Shown here one piece after another: positions 46,817 through 55,792 of a stretch of DNA of 61,960 bases. Position numbers and translations under genes: made by a program. The notes under the pieces are model-generated. The model made no database searches. It was not told the origin of the DNA and worked only from the letters and a program-made list of their open reading frames with translations. Origin of the DNA: Myxococcota bacterium (lineage in GTDB: Bacteria; Myxococcota_A; UBA796; SXON01); NCBI GenBank assembly GCA_040386535.1, contig JAZKFH010000051.1, positions 1 to 61,960 of the forward strand, in the 5' to 3' direction. The stretch's first letter is position 1; every line of letters begins with the position of its first letter.

Positions 46817-48964
46817 ATGTTGCTCCTCGCCCTCGCCGCGCCCGCCCTCGTCGCCCCCGCCCACGCTGTCGAGGGCATGTGGGAGCCCGCGCAGCTGCCG
46901 TCCCTCGCAGGCCCGCTCAAGACGGCGGGGTTCCCCGGAGACGCCGCCGCGCTCGCCCGCCTCGACGCCGCGCCGCTCGGGGCGGTGGTCAACTTCGGCG
47001 GGTGCACCGCGTCGTTCGTCTCGAACGAGGGCCTGCTCGTCACCAACCACCACTGTGTCGTCGGCAACCTCCAGCAGGCCCAGAAGGAGGGCGAGGATCT
47101 CGTCGCCACCGGCTTCTACGCGGCGACGCGGGCGGACGAGCGGACGGCGGGGCCCTCCGCGCGCGTGTACATCACGGAGGCGACGGTCGACGTGACTGAC
47201 AAGGTGGTCGGCAAGCTGCCGGCGAAGCTCTCCGACCTCGACCGCAAGGCCCGCATCGACGACGCCACGAAGAAGCTGGTCGCGAGCTGCGAGAAGGCGA
47301 GCCCCGGCCGCCGCTGCCGCGTCGCGTCCTTCTACGAGGGGCTCCGGTACTCGCTCCTCACCCAGGTCGAGCTCCGCGACGTGCGGATGGTGATGGCCCC
47401 GCCGGACAGCGTCGGCAACTACGGCGACGACATCGACAATTGGCACTGGCCGCGCCATGCCGGTGACTTCGGGTTCGTGCGCGCCTACGTCGGCAAGGAC
47501 GGCAAGCCCGCCGACTACGCGGCCGACAACGTTCCGTACCGCCCGGCCCACACCCTGGCGGTGAACGCGGGCGGTGTCGACCCCGGCGGTTTCGTGATGG
47601 TGGCGGGGTACGCCGGCCGCACCGAGCGCTGGCAGACCGGCCTCGAGCTCGAACGCGACGCGACGATCGGCATGCCGCGCAGCATCGCCCGCTCGGAGTG
47701 GCTGCTCGATCTGTACGCGCGGATGGTGACGGAGGACCCCACCGCCGAGCCGCTGCTCAACGTGTCGCGCAGCTACGTGTCGAACAGCCTGTTCAACAAC
47801 AAGGGCGCGCTCGAAGGGTTCCAGCGCGCGGGCGTCGTGAAGACCGCCACCGCGCGCGACGTGGCGCTCGACGCGTGGATCGCCGCCGATCCCGCGCGCA
47901 CCACGAAGTACGCCGCCGCCGTCCGCGAGCTCCGCACCGTCGTGACCCGCGGCGACGCGACGCGCGACCGCGACGAGGTCCTCGGCTGGATCGGCCGCTC
48001 CGATCTCGTGAACGCGGCCCGCACGCTGCTCCGGGTCGCCAAGGAGCGCGAGAAGCCGGACAACAAGCGCGAGCTCGGGTACCAGGATCGCGATCTGCCG
48101 CGGATCGAGGCGCGCCTCGTCGCGATGCAGAAGTCGCTGCACGTGGAGACCGAGCGCCGCTTCCTGCGCGCGCTGCTGCTCGAAGCGGCAAAGCTCCCGC
48201 CGGCGCAGCAGTCGCCCGAGCTGATGGCGTGGCTCGGCGCGGGCACGCCGGAGCAGGTCGTGGACAAGGCGATCACCCGGCTCTTTACCGACCCCGCGAT
48301 CGACACGGTGGCGGAGCGCCAGGCCCTGTTCACCGCCAAGGCCGCGACGATCACGGCCTCGCAGGACGGGTTCCTCTCGCTCGTGACGGCGTTGTGGCCC
48401 TACGACGAGGCGCGCCGCACCGAGGGCAAGACCGACGCCGGCGCCCTGGCGCGCCTCCGCCCGCTCTACGCCGACGCGCTGCGGCAGATGGACCCCTCGC
48501 GCAGCTACCCCGACGCCAACGGCACCCTGCGCGTCACGTTCGGCACGGTCCAAGGCTACGACGGGCGCGACGGCCTTCGCTACCTCCCGCAGACCCGGCT
48601 CGAGGGCATCGTGGAGAAGGCGGGCCCGGCTCCCTTCAACGCGCCGCCCGCGCTCCTCGCCGCCATCAACGGCGGAAAGCGCGGCCCCTATGCCGACGCC
48701 AAGCTCGGCAGCGTGCCGGTCGATTTCCTCTCCGACCTCGACATCACGGGCGGCAACAGCGGCTCGCCCACGATCGACGCCAAGGGCCAGCTGGTCGGCC
48801 TCGCGTTCGACGGCAACTACGAGGGCATCGCGAGCGACTGGTTGTTCGACCCGAAGATGGCGCGCACCATCCACGTCGATGTCCGCTACGTCCTGTACTA
48901 CCTGGACGCGGTGACGAACGCGGACGCGCTGCTGACGGAGCTCGGGGTCACGCCGACGTGGTGA
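46817..48964 (+). CDS. S46 family dipeptidyl peptidase
   Basis: EGMW, GCTASFVS, TNHHC, DNWHWPRHAGDF, DANGTLR, ITGGNSGSP, FDGN. Confidence 0.95.
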   Translation: MLLLALAAPALVAPAHAVEGMWEPAQLPSLAGPLKTAGFPGDAAALARLDAAPLGAVVNFGGCTASFVSNEGLLVTNHHCVVGNLQQAQKEGEDLVATGFYAATRADERTAGPSARVYITEATVDVTDKVVGKLPAKLSDLDRKARIDDATKKLVASCEKASPGRRCRVASFYEGLRYSLLTQVELRDVRMVMAPPDSVGNYGDDIDNWHWPRHAGDFGFVRAYVGKDGKPADYAADNVPYRPAHTLAVNAGGVDPGGFVMVAGYAGRTERWQTGLELERDATIGMPRSIARSEWLLDLYARMVTEDPTAEPLLNVSRSYVSNSLFNNKGALEGFQRAGVVKTATARDVALDAWIAADPARTTKYAAAVRELRTVVTRGDATRDRDEVLGWIGRSDLVNAARTLLRVAKEREKPDNKRELGYQDRDLPRIEARLVAMQKSLHVETERRFLRALLLEAAKLPPAQQSPELMAWLGAGTPEQVVDKAITRLFTDPAIDTVAERQALFTAKAATITASQDGFLSLVTALWPYDEARRTEGKTDAGALARLRPLYADALRQMDPSRSYPDANGTLRVTFGTVQGYDGRDGLRYLPQTRLEGIVEKAGPAPFNAPPALLAAINGGKRGPYADAKLGSVPVDFLSDLDITGGNSGSPTIDAKGQLVGLAFDGNYEGIASDWLFDPKMARTIHVDVRYVLYYLDAVTNADALLTELGVTPTW

Positions 48965-49019
48965 GGGGCGTGTATCCGGGGCGTTGCGGGGGGGACCCCC
49001 GCCCCATGGAAACCCCGAT

Positions 49020-49844
49020 CTAGTCGACCGTCCCGACGCCGCGCCACACGGCGCTGCCGCCGTCCGCGCCGTTGACGACCACCCACAGGTCCGCGGTGCC
49101 GGCCTCGTCGCCGCCGAACCACGTGAGGATCACGGTGCCGTCGACCACCTCGTACTCGGTCGCGTCGAAGCCGCCGCGGGTCGTGTAGCCGTAGGCGGTG
49201 CCGGCGCGGTCGACCGTGAAGGTGATGTCGACGGAGCCGCCGACGTCGACCGCCGGGAGGTCCGTGGGAGGTGTGAGCACGGGGTTGGTGAGCGGCGCGG
49301 CGCGGGTCGACACGGCGACCTGGGCGAGCGCGAGCGAGGTGCCGACGAGCGGGAGGTCTTCGGCGCCGGTGATGGGGTCGGCGAGGAAGGTGGCGAGGGT
49401 GTCGGCGTCGGCGGTGTCGGGCGCCGGGGCGGCGGCGGCGAGGTCGATCGCGGGACACAGACCCGGGGCGCACGCGAGGGTCCAGAGGAGCAGCGGGAGC
49501 ACGGTGGTGCCGTCGCCCACGACGCCGGCGAGGGCAGGCGGGACGGTCCGCGTCGTCACGAGCTGGCCGTCGGTCGGCGCGCCCACGGTGGTGCTCTGCC
49601 CGGGTTCGGTCGCTTCGAGGCAGCCGTCGCCGAGGTTGGTGCAGGTCCACAACAGCACGTCGGGGGCGCCCTCCGCGGAATCCGGCGCGGGGTCGGCGAT
49701 GTAGGCGGTGATCGCGACGGTGGCGCCCGGCGCGGCCTCGGGAGGCTCGACGACCACGGCCATGACGCGCAGCTCGTCGACGAGGGTGTCCTCGTTCGCG
49801 CCCATACACCCGGCCAACAACGAGAGGATGACGACGCTCACCAT
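49020..49844 (-). CDS. Lipoprotein partner of the TonB-dependent receptor
   Basis: Lipobox LAGC, LRVMAVVVEPPE, LWVVVNG..GG..W; overlaps the TBDR stop. Confidence 0.8.
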   Translation of the reverse strand: MVSVVILSLLAGCMGANEDTLVDELRVMAVVVEPPEAAPGATVAITAYIADPAPDSAEGAPDVLLWTCTNLGDGCLEATEPGQSTTVGAPTDGQLVTTRTVPPALAGVVGDGTTVLPLLLWTLACAPGLCPAIDLAAAAPAPDTADADTLATFLADPITGAEDLPLVGTSLALAQVAVSTRAAPLTNPVLTPPTDLPAVDVGGSVDITFTVDRAGTAYGYTTRGGFDATEYEVVDGTVILTWFGGDEAGTADLWVVVNGADGGSAVWRGVGTVD

Positions 49845-52396
49845 TCGCCTCGCACGCCGAACGCCGGGATGATCGGGAGGCCGTTGATCGGCGTCTCCTC
49901 GGAGTAGTCGGAGCTCCACGCCATCACCTCGGGGTTCTGCACGTTGAACGCGTTCTGCAGGTCGAGATACGCGGTGAACGCCCACTTCTTGAACTTCCAC
50001 TCCTTGTCGATCCGCACGTCGACCGACCACGTGGGCGGCAGGCGCGCGCTGTCCCTCTCGCCGTAGACCGGGAAGAAGCTCCGGCTGCCCATGTCGTAGA
50101 CGCGGTTGACGACGGGCGTGTACGGATCGCCCGCCGACACGCGGCCGCGTACGCCCACCCGCCACCGTTTCGGCAGCTCTTGCGACGCGAGCGCGTTGAT
50201 GACGAAGGGCTGGTCGTTGGTGAAGAGCTCCTCGACGCCGTCGCGATCGACGCGCACCGAGTTGGAGAAGGTGGCGGAGAGCAGGCCGAGGGTCTTGTCC
50301 GCGTCGAGGCGAAGGAGGAACTCGGTGCCGCAGACCCGCCCGGAGCCGGCGTTCGCGTACCCCGCCTCGTCGAAGGGGCCGATGGGCGGCGGGCCGGTGA
50401 AGAAGCGGAAGCGGTCCTCGCGGCCGACGACGAGGTCCTCGAGCAGATTGTAGAAGCCCGTCGCCTCGAGCGAGAGGCCGAGCGGCAGCTCTTGCACGAC
50501 GCCGACGCTCGACTGGAGCGACCACGCCTCGGTCAGATCGAGGTTGCCGTCGCCGCCGGGGGCGAGCTGGCGCGTGGTCGGGAACTGCGAGTAGCGGCCC
50601 ACGCTCGCCTTGAGCACCGTGGTCTTGCCGGCCGCGACCTTGGCGCCCAGCCGCGGGTCGACCGTGGCGCGGGCGTAGCCGAAGTCGTACATCAGCGCGT
50701 CCGCACGCAGGCCTGGCGTCACAGTCAGCGGGCCCACCCGGATGGTCGGCTCGACGTAGAGCGCGGGCGCGAAGAGCCAGGTCTCGTCGGCCTCGTAGGG
50801 GCTGAAGGCGACGACGTTGTAGAGGAAGCTGTCGCGGCCGCCCTGCAGGTCTGCGCCGATGCGCCAGCCCACCGTCGCCTTGCCGGGCGTCGCGTCGACC
50901 TCCCGGACGAACTCCTGGCGCAGCCCGAGGCCGAACGAGCGCTCGTAGGCGGCCTCCGGGTCGCCGTCGAACCCGAAGGCCTGGCCCTCCGGCCCGCCGA
51001 TCAGCGTCAGCTCGCTCCCCCAGCCCTTCGCCATCGGCTCGGTCCACCGCGCGCGCAGCTTGCCGAACGTGGTGGTGAGGCCGATGGCCACGCCTTCATC
51101 GTCCTGGCCGACCACGCTGAAGCGGTCGTCCGAGAAGAGCACGACCGCGTCGAGGCTGCCGCCGCTCGGGAGCGCGTGGAGCACGCGGGCCTGGGCATCC
51201 CAGTAGCGGGGCGCGCGGAAGGTGCCGCCGGTGCCGGAGAGCACGGGGGTCAGCACGGAGTCGATCCAGGAGCGGCGGAGCGAGAACTCCAGCGCCGTGC
51301 GGTCGCCCACCTTCTGCTCGACATAGGCGGTGCCCTGGAACAGGTCGAGCGACACGTAGCCGTGCGACTTGTCGGGCAGATCGTCCTTGGTGCGCAGGTC
51401 CACCAGCCCGCCAAGCGCCCGGCCGTACCGCGCGCCGTAATTGCCGGGCAGGTACGCCACCTCGCTCACGAGGTCACCGTTGAGGATGGTGGAGAGGCCC
51501 GAGAAGTGGAACACGATCGGGATGCTGGCGCCGTCGAGGAAGTACGCCGAGTCCTCCGGGGCCGTGCCGCGGATGATGAGCTGCCCGATGCCGAGCGGCG
51601 CGCGCGCCACGCCGGGGAGGTTCTGGACCACCTTCACCACGTCGCCGCCGGTGCCGGGGAGGAACCGCACCTCCTCCTGCGAGAGCGTGCGCTCCGTGAT
51701 CTCCGTCGACGCGCGCTTGGCTTGCACAGTGAGGGTGTCGCCCACGTCGTCGGCGTCCACGGGTGCCGCGCGGAGCGCCACCTGGGCGACCGCGCCCTCT
51801 GTCACGACGACGGCGGCGGAAGCGGTGAGGTGCCCCGGCGGCGTCGCGACCACCGACCACGCGCCGGGCGGCAGGCCGGACACGACGAAGCGGCCGTCGG
51901 CGTCCGTGGTGGCGAACACGACGGTGCCGTCCTCGCGGAGCACGCGGACGTCGAGGTTCGGGAAGGGGAGATCGGTCGCGGCGTCGCGCACCGTGCCCTC
52001 GACCGAGGGCGTGGCCGCGCGCGCGACGGTGAAGCGGTAGCGGTACTGGATGCGGGCGGGCGCGGGGGTGCCGTCGGCGTCCCGGGCCGGGTCGAAGCGG
52101 AAGGCGCGGGCGGCCTGCACGGCGGCCTCGTCGAAGCCCTGGCCCGCGGGCTCCACCACGCCGACGGCGAGCACGGTGCCTGTCTCGTCGACGTCGAGCT
52201 CGAGGAGCACGGAGGCCTCGACCCCGGCGGCGAGCGCCTCGGGCGGGTAGGTCGCGGCGGCCTGGAACGTGAGGACGGGGAGCGTGGCCTGTGGGACTTC
52301 CGCCGGGGTCGGCAGCGGGGCTTCCGTCGGCGGCGGGGGTAGTTCGGGCGCTACGGGCGGTTCGGCGGCGAGGGCGAGGGAGGCGAGCAGCAGCAC
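49838..52396 (-). CDS. TonB C-terminal domain + carboxypeptidase-like domain + TonB-dependent receptor
   Basis: YPPEA..G.EASVLLELDV..FDEAAVQAA..FRF.PA; plug VVQNLPGV, IIRG; beta-barrel ending FGVRGEW. Confidence 0.9.
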   Translation of the reverse strand: MLLLASLALAAEPPVAPELPPPPTEAPLPTPAEVPQATLPVLTFQAAATYPPEALAAGVEASVLLELDVDETGTVLAVGVVEPAGQGFDEAAVQAARAFRFDPARDADGTPAPARIQYRYRFTVARAATPSVEGTVRDAATDLPFPNLDVRVLREDGTVVFATTDADGRFVVSGLPPGAWSVVATPPGHLTASAAVVVTEGAVAQVALRAAPVDADDVGDTLTVQAKRASTEITERTLSQEEVRFLPGTGGDVVKVVQNLPGVARAPLGIGQLIIRGTAPEDSAYFLDGASIPIVFHFSGLSTILNGDLVSEVAYLPGNYGARYGRALGGLVDLRTKDDLPDKSHGYVSLDLFQGTAYVEQKVGDRTALEFSLRRSWIDSVLTPVLSGTGGTFRAPRYWDAQARVLHALPSGGSLDAVVLFSDDRFSVVGQDDEGVAIGLTTTFGKLRARWTEPMAKGWGSELTLIGGPEGQAFGFDGDPEAAYERSFGLGLRQEFVREVDATPGKATVGWRIGADLQGGRDSFLYNVVAFSPYEADETWLFAPALYVEPTIRVGPLTVTPGLRADALMYDFGYARATVDPRLGAKVAAGKTTVLKASVGRYSQFPTTRQLAPGGDGNLDLTEAWSLQSSVGVVQELPLGLSLEATGFYNLLEDLVVGREDRFRFFTGPPPIGPFDEAGYANAGSGRVCGTEFLLRLDADKTLGLLSATFSNSVRVDRDGVEELFTNDQPFVINALASQELPKRWRVGVRGRVSAGDPYTPVVNRVYDMGSRSFFPVYGERDSARLPPTWSVDVRIDKEWKFKKWAFTAYLDLQNAFNVQNPEVMAWSSDYSEETPINGLPIIPAFGVRGEW

Positions 52397-52402
52397 GGGT
52401 TC

Positions 52403-52408
52403 ACTATA
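52403..52408 (-). promoter_or_regulatory. Putative -10 hexamer of a leaderless transcript
   Basis: TATAGT lies 6 nt before GTG 52396, with no SD. Confidence 0.5.
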
Positions 52409-52474
52409 TCAGGTGAGATAGAGTATCGGGTGCCGCCGTGGGAGGCCAGCAGGAAATGTGCTAACGAAAGGGAC

Positions 52475-52660
52475 ATGAGCCGCGGCAACCGTTGGGCGTA
52501 CATGTCCGCCCCCGGGTACAACCCACCGAACGACGACTGCCCCGAGTGTGTGGCGCCGTCGAAGACCTTCCACATCGGGAGCAAGACCGTGAACGGCGTG
52601 GCCCGGCATCGGTACCGGTGCGAGCGCGGGCATGAGTGGGTCGTGGAGGAGGTTCGGTGA
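52475..52660 (+). CDS. Small zinc-ribbon-like protein (61 aa)
   Basis: CPEC ... YRCERGHEW. Confidence 0.6.
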   Translation: MSRGNRWAYMSAPGYNPPNDDCPECVAPSKTFHIGSKTVNGVARHRYRCERGHEWVVEEVR

Positions 52661-52678
52661 GGCCGGGGCTTCCGCGCC

Positions 52679-53428
52679 CTACCCTCCGAACCCCAGCGAG
52701 AACACCGCCTCGCCCACCTTCGCGTCGAGCATCACGAGCCCCGCGGGGGTGACCGGCGCGGAGAGCGAGCGGGTGGCGGGGTCGAAGGTGAGCGGGGTGA
52801 CGACGCCGTTGATGGTGACGGTGCCGCTCACGTCGCCCTTCGCGGAGACCCGCTTGGCGTCGGTCACGTAGAAGCGCACGGAGTCGGCGCCGGCGACGTA
52901 CTCGACGTGGTGCTCCCGCCACATGCTCACGACGCCGCCGTGCAGGGCGGTGTGATCGTGCTCGGCGAGGCTGCCGACGGCCGCTGTCCGGAAGTCGACG
53001 CTCGCCGGCACGCCCGCGATGTCCAGGGTCACGACGGCGGTGGCGGGCACGCCCTCGGGGAGCATCATCTGCGCGTGGAGGTGGTCGCCCATGGAGGCGA
53101 GCATCAGGGTGGTCACGCCGGCGGGGCCTTCGATCACGGCCGTGCCCTTGACCGTGGCGAGGTCGACTGGGGCGTCGGCGGCGTCGCGCACCCACACCAT
53201 GAGGCCGCTCTTGAGGAAGCGCCCTTCGACGTGGAAGGCGCCGACCTGCTCGACCTCGCCGCCGTGGGTGGCGTCGTGGCGGTGGGGCGTAGAACCGTGG
53301 GCGCCGCCGGGGCCCCGCGTGGCGACGGTCGTGTCGGCCCGCGGCGCGACGGGGGGATGCGGCGTCGGGCTCGGGGCGGCGGTGGGCTCGGGGCCTCCGC
53401 AGGCCACGACGAGGGCGAGGATGATCAT
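52679..53428 (-). CDS. His-rich lipoprotein, probable metal-binding
   Basis: MIILALVVAC; two repeats of H..HGG.V....HVE followed by a beta-rich domain. Confidence 0.75.
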   Translation of the reverse strand: MIILALVVACGGPEPTAAPSPTPHPPVAPRADTTVATRGPGGAHGSTPHRHDATHGGEVEQVGAFHVEGRFLKSGLMVWVRDAADAPVDLATVKGTAVIEGPAGVTTLMLASMGDHLHAQMMLPEGVPATAVVTLDIAGVPASVDFRTAAVGSLAEHDHTALHGGVVSMWREHHVEYVAGADSVRFYVTDAKRVSAKGDVSGTVTINGVVTPLTFDPATRSLSAPVTPAGLVMLDAKVGEAVFSLGFGG

Positions 53429-53487
53429 GGGGGAGTCTAATTCGGCAGCGGGGGGGCTCGATGTGGCCTCGGTGACCGCGTCGCGGC

Positions 53488-54060
53488 CGGGATTCGCGCG
53501 GATGTGGCCGTGCGAGCCTGGCAGTGGCGCCCGCCGGAGGGAGGCGCAGGTCGGCGCCCCCGGGCGGCAGGTCGGCGCCCCCGGGTGGCAGTTCGGCGCC
53601 CCGGGCGGCGATCGGGCGTGATCTTAGCGCTGCTAAGATCACGCCCGGGTGCGAGTCCGGGGCGCGCCGACCGGGGGAGGGGCGTGCTCGGGGCGGGGCC
53701 GGCGGGGCGGCCGGGATTCGCGCGGATCGGGCTGTGCAGGTGCCCAGCGGGGGCGGCGGCCGGGATCCGCGCGGAGGGGACCGCGCGAGCCTTGGGGGTG
53801 CGCCGCCGGAGGGAGGCGCAGTTCGGCGCCCCGGGGCGGCATTTCGGCGCCCCCGGGGGGCAATTCGGAACCCTCGGGCTGCAATGCAGTGATCTTAGCA
53901 GTGCTAAGATCGTCCGCGCGTGCGAGTCGGGGGCGCGCCGACCCGGGGGAGGGACGTGTTCGGGGCGGGGCCGACGAGGCGGCTGGACGGGGCCGCGCGA
54001 GGTGCCCGGCGGGTGCGCCGACCGGAGGGAGGCGCAGTTCGGCGCCCCCGGGCGCGAGCC
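53488..54060. repeat. Composite intergenic repeat (~271-bp period) with GATCTTAGC-N3-GCTAAGATC palindromes
   Basis: Palindromes at 53613-53647 (16-bp perfect arms) and 53891-53911; 21-bp CAG(G/T)TCGGCGCCCCCGGGCGG triplets; CCGGAGGGAGGCGCAG occurs three times. Confidence 0.85.
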
Positions 54061-54152
54061 CGGAGCGCGCCAACCGAGGCGCTTGCGCCGAGCCCACAGG
54101 GGACCGACCCCGCGCTCGGGCGGGGTCGCGCCCAGCGACGTGGCCCGCGGGT

Positions 54153-55457
54153 CTACGGTCGCGCGCGCACCTGCTCCCAGAGTTGGAGGAACCGCTCGGC
54201 CGAGCGAAGCATGGGGTCGAGGTCGACGCCGGCCTCCTCCAGGCGCTGCCAATGTTGGGGGAGCAGGCCGGGGTGGGCGAGGCCGAGGGTGTCGATGGGG
54301 AGCGGATCCTCGCGGGGGGGCAGGCAGCGGCCGGGGCCGTGCTTGGGTTGGGAGTGGGAGAGCCAACCGTTCCAGTCGGAGGACCAACCTACCGAGAGCG
54401 AGGTGCGCTGGGAGGAGGAGGCCGCGTCCCAGGGGGCGCCGACGAGCTCGGCGGCGTGGGCCTGGACGACCTGGTTGGCGCGGTCGTAGTGCACGCCGAA
54501 CGTGTCGAGAGTGCCGATGCAATGCTCGGGCACGGCGACCGTCGGGTTGACAGGGACGAGGTTCTCGGCGGAGAGGCCCAGGGCGAAGCTGCCGCCTTGC
54601 CGGTAGAGCTCGACGAGCTGGGCGTCGGTGACGCCGCCGTCGCTCTCGCGGAGGCTGGACAAACTTCCGTGCGTGATGACGGGCGGGATGCCGTGGGCGC
54701 CGGTGACCTCCAAGGAGTCGACCATCGTGTCATGGCTCATGTGGGACAGGTCGACGAGGATGCCGGCGTCGGCGAGCTCGACGATGGCCGCCCGGCCGCG
54801 CTCGGTGAGGCCCCGGCGCTCGCCGCGGCGCTTGTGTCTGGCGCCGCGCGGGTTGATGAGGGGGCCCTTGATCCCGGGCAGGATCGCGGAGCCGCCCAAC
54901 TCATCGTCACGCAGGTGTACCAGTGTGACGAGCGCGACGCCCGCGTCGGCGAGGAAGCGGGCGTCGGCGGCGCTGGCGAGGAGGTGGTGGCCGCCCTCGA
55001 CGGAGTGCACGAGCACCATCTTGTCGGTGGTGGCGAGCAGGGTTCTCGCGGCCTCGGGGGTGCGCGCGACGGCGTAGCGGTCGGGGTGGGCGGCGACGAA
55101 CGCGTCGATGAACGCGATCTGGTCGACGATCAGGCGCCGCGCCTGCTTGGGGCTGCTCGCGGCCTCGGCCGCCATCGCGGCCACGAGGAAGATGCGGACG
55201 CCCGACGCCGCGAGGTACGGCTCGTAGACGGTCTGGGTGAACTGGTGGCGCCACGTGCGCGCGGGCGTGCGGTCCGTGAGCCCCTTGGCGAAGAAGCCCC
55301 ACGGGATGTGCATCGCGGGGTGGCCCTGCCAGTCGATCTGGCCGCGGACCTCTACCGGGTCCTGCGCGTGCGCGGCGCTCGACGCGAGGGTGGCCGCGCA
55401 TGCGAGCGTGCCGACGATTCGCGCGAGGAGGGAGCGGCCGGAGGCGGTGGGGGGCAG
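54153..55457 (-). CDS. Secreted membrane dipeptidase (M19 amidohydrolase family)
   Basis: IDWQGHPAMH, HSVEGGH, VTLVH, GLTERG, VDLSHMS, ITHG, SSDWNG. First ATG (55313) lies inside the domain; CTG 55457 after GGAGGT gives a signal peptide ending AHA (start inferred). Confidence 0.85.
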   Translation of the reverse strand: MPPTASGRSLLARIVGTLACAATLASSAAHAQDPVEVRGQIDWQGHPAMHIPWGFFAKGLTDRTPARTWRHQFTQTVYEPYLAASGVRIFLVAAMAAEAASSPKQARRLIVDQIAFIDAFVAAHPDRYAVARTPEAARTLLATTDKMVLVHSVEGGHHLLASAADARFLADAGVALVTLVHLRDDELGGSAILPGIKGPLINPRGARHKRRGERRGLTERGRAAIVELADAGILVDLSHMSHDTMVDSLEVTGAHGIPPVITHGSLSSLRESDGGVTDAQLVELYRQGGSFALGLSAENLVPVNPTVAVPEHCIGTLDTFGVHYDRANQVVQAHAAELVGAPWDAASSSQRTSLSVGWSSDWNGWLSHSQPKHGPGRCLPPREDPLPIDTLGLAHPGLLPQHWQRLEEAGVDLDPMLRSAERFLQLWEQVRARP

Positions 55458-55511
55458 GGAACCTCCGAGTGGGCCGCTGCGCCGGGGGTGGCGGAGGGAC
55501 CCGCCGGATAA

Positions 55512-55658
55512 CTATTCGTCGCACACGACAAATGCGATGTCCTCCCACGTCCCTAGGTAGGCGCCCGTCTTCGCGTCGATCTGGATCACGTCGTAGAGGG
55601 TGTCCCCGTGCTCGCGCCCGTCATCGCACTCGTAGGAAGCGGATCCGACGCCTTCCAC
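55512..55658 (-). pseudogene. Short ORF or gene remnant with PepSY-like motif
   Basis: VEGVGSASYECDDGREHGDTLYDVIQIDAKTGAYLGTWEDIAFVVCDE*; IDAxTG motif; abuts the palindromic repeat. Confidence 0.4.
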
Positions 55659-55668
55659 TGGGCGCCGC

Positions 55669-55720
55669 GACCCGACAGATCTCGCCTCACGACCGGCACT
55701 GACGCCCGATCTGTCGGGTC
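55669..55720. repeat. Dispersed 51-bp palindromic repeat, copy 3
   Basis: GACCCGACAGAT..ATCTGTCGGGTC (12-bp perfect arms); two substitutions relative to copy 2. Confidence 0.9.
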
Positions 55721-55792
55721 GGTGTCAGTGGTGCTCGTGCTCGAAGGCGGGATGCGGATCACCTCGACGCCCCGCGGAATACGTGCGGCGCC

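Noticed and set aside
52397..52480. Cobalamin or other riboswitch upstream of the TBDR
   Set aside because: No B12-box or other conserved aptamer motif was seen; the space is short and the gene looks leaderless.
53620..53911. CIRCE (HrcA) operator
   Set aside because: It shares TTAGC/GCTAA ends but lacks the TTAGCACTC-N9-GAGTGCTAA spacing, and no chaperone genes are adjacent.
53437..54550. Overlapping long ORFs across the composite repeat
   Set aside because: Pro/Arg/Gly low-complexity products of GC-rich repeats.
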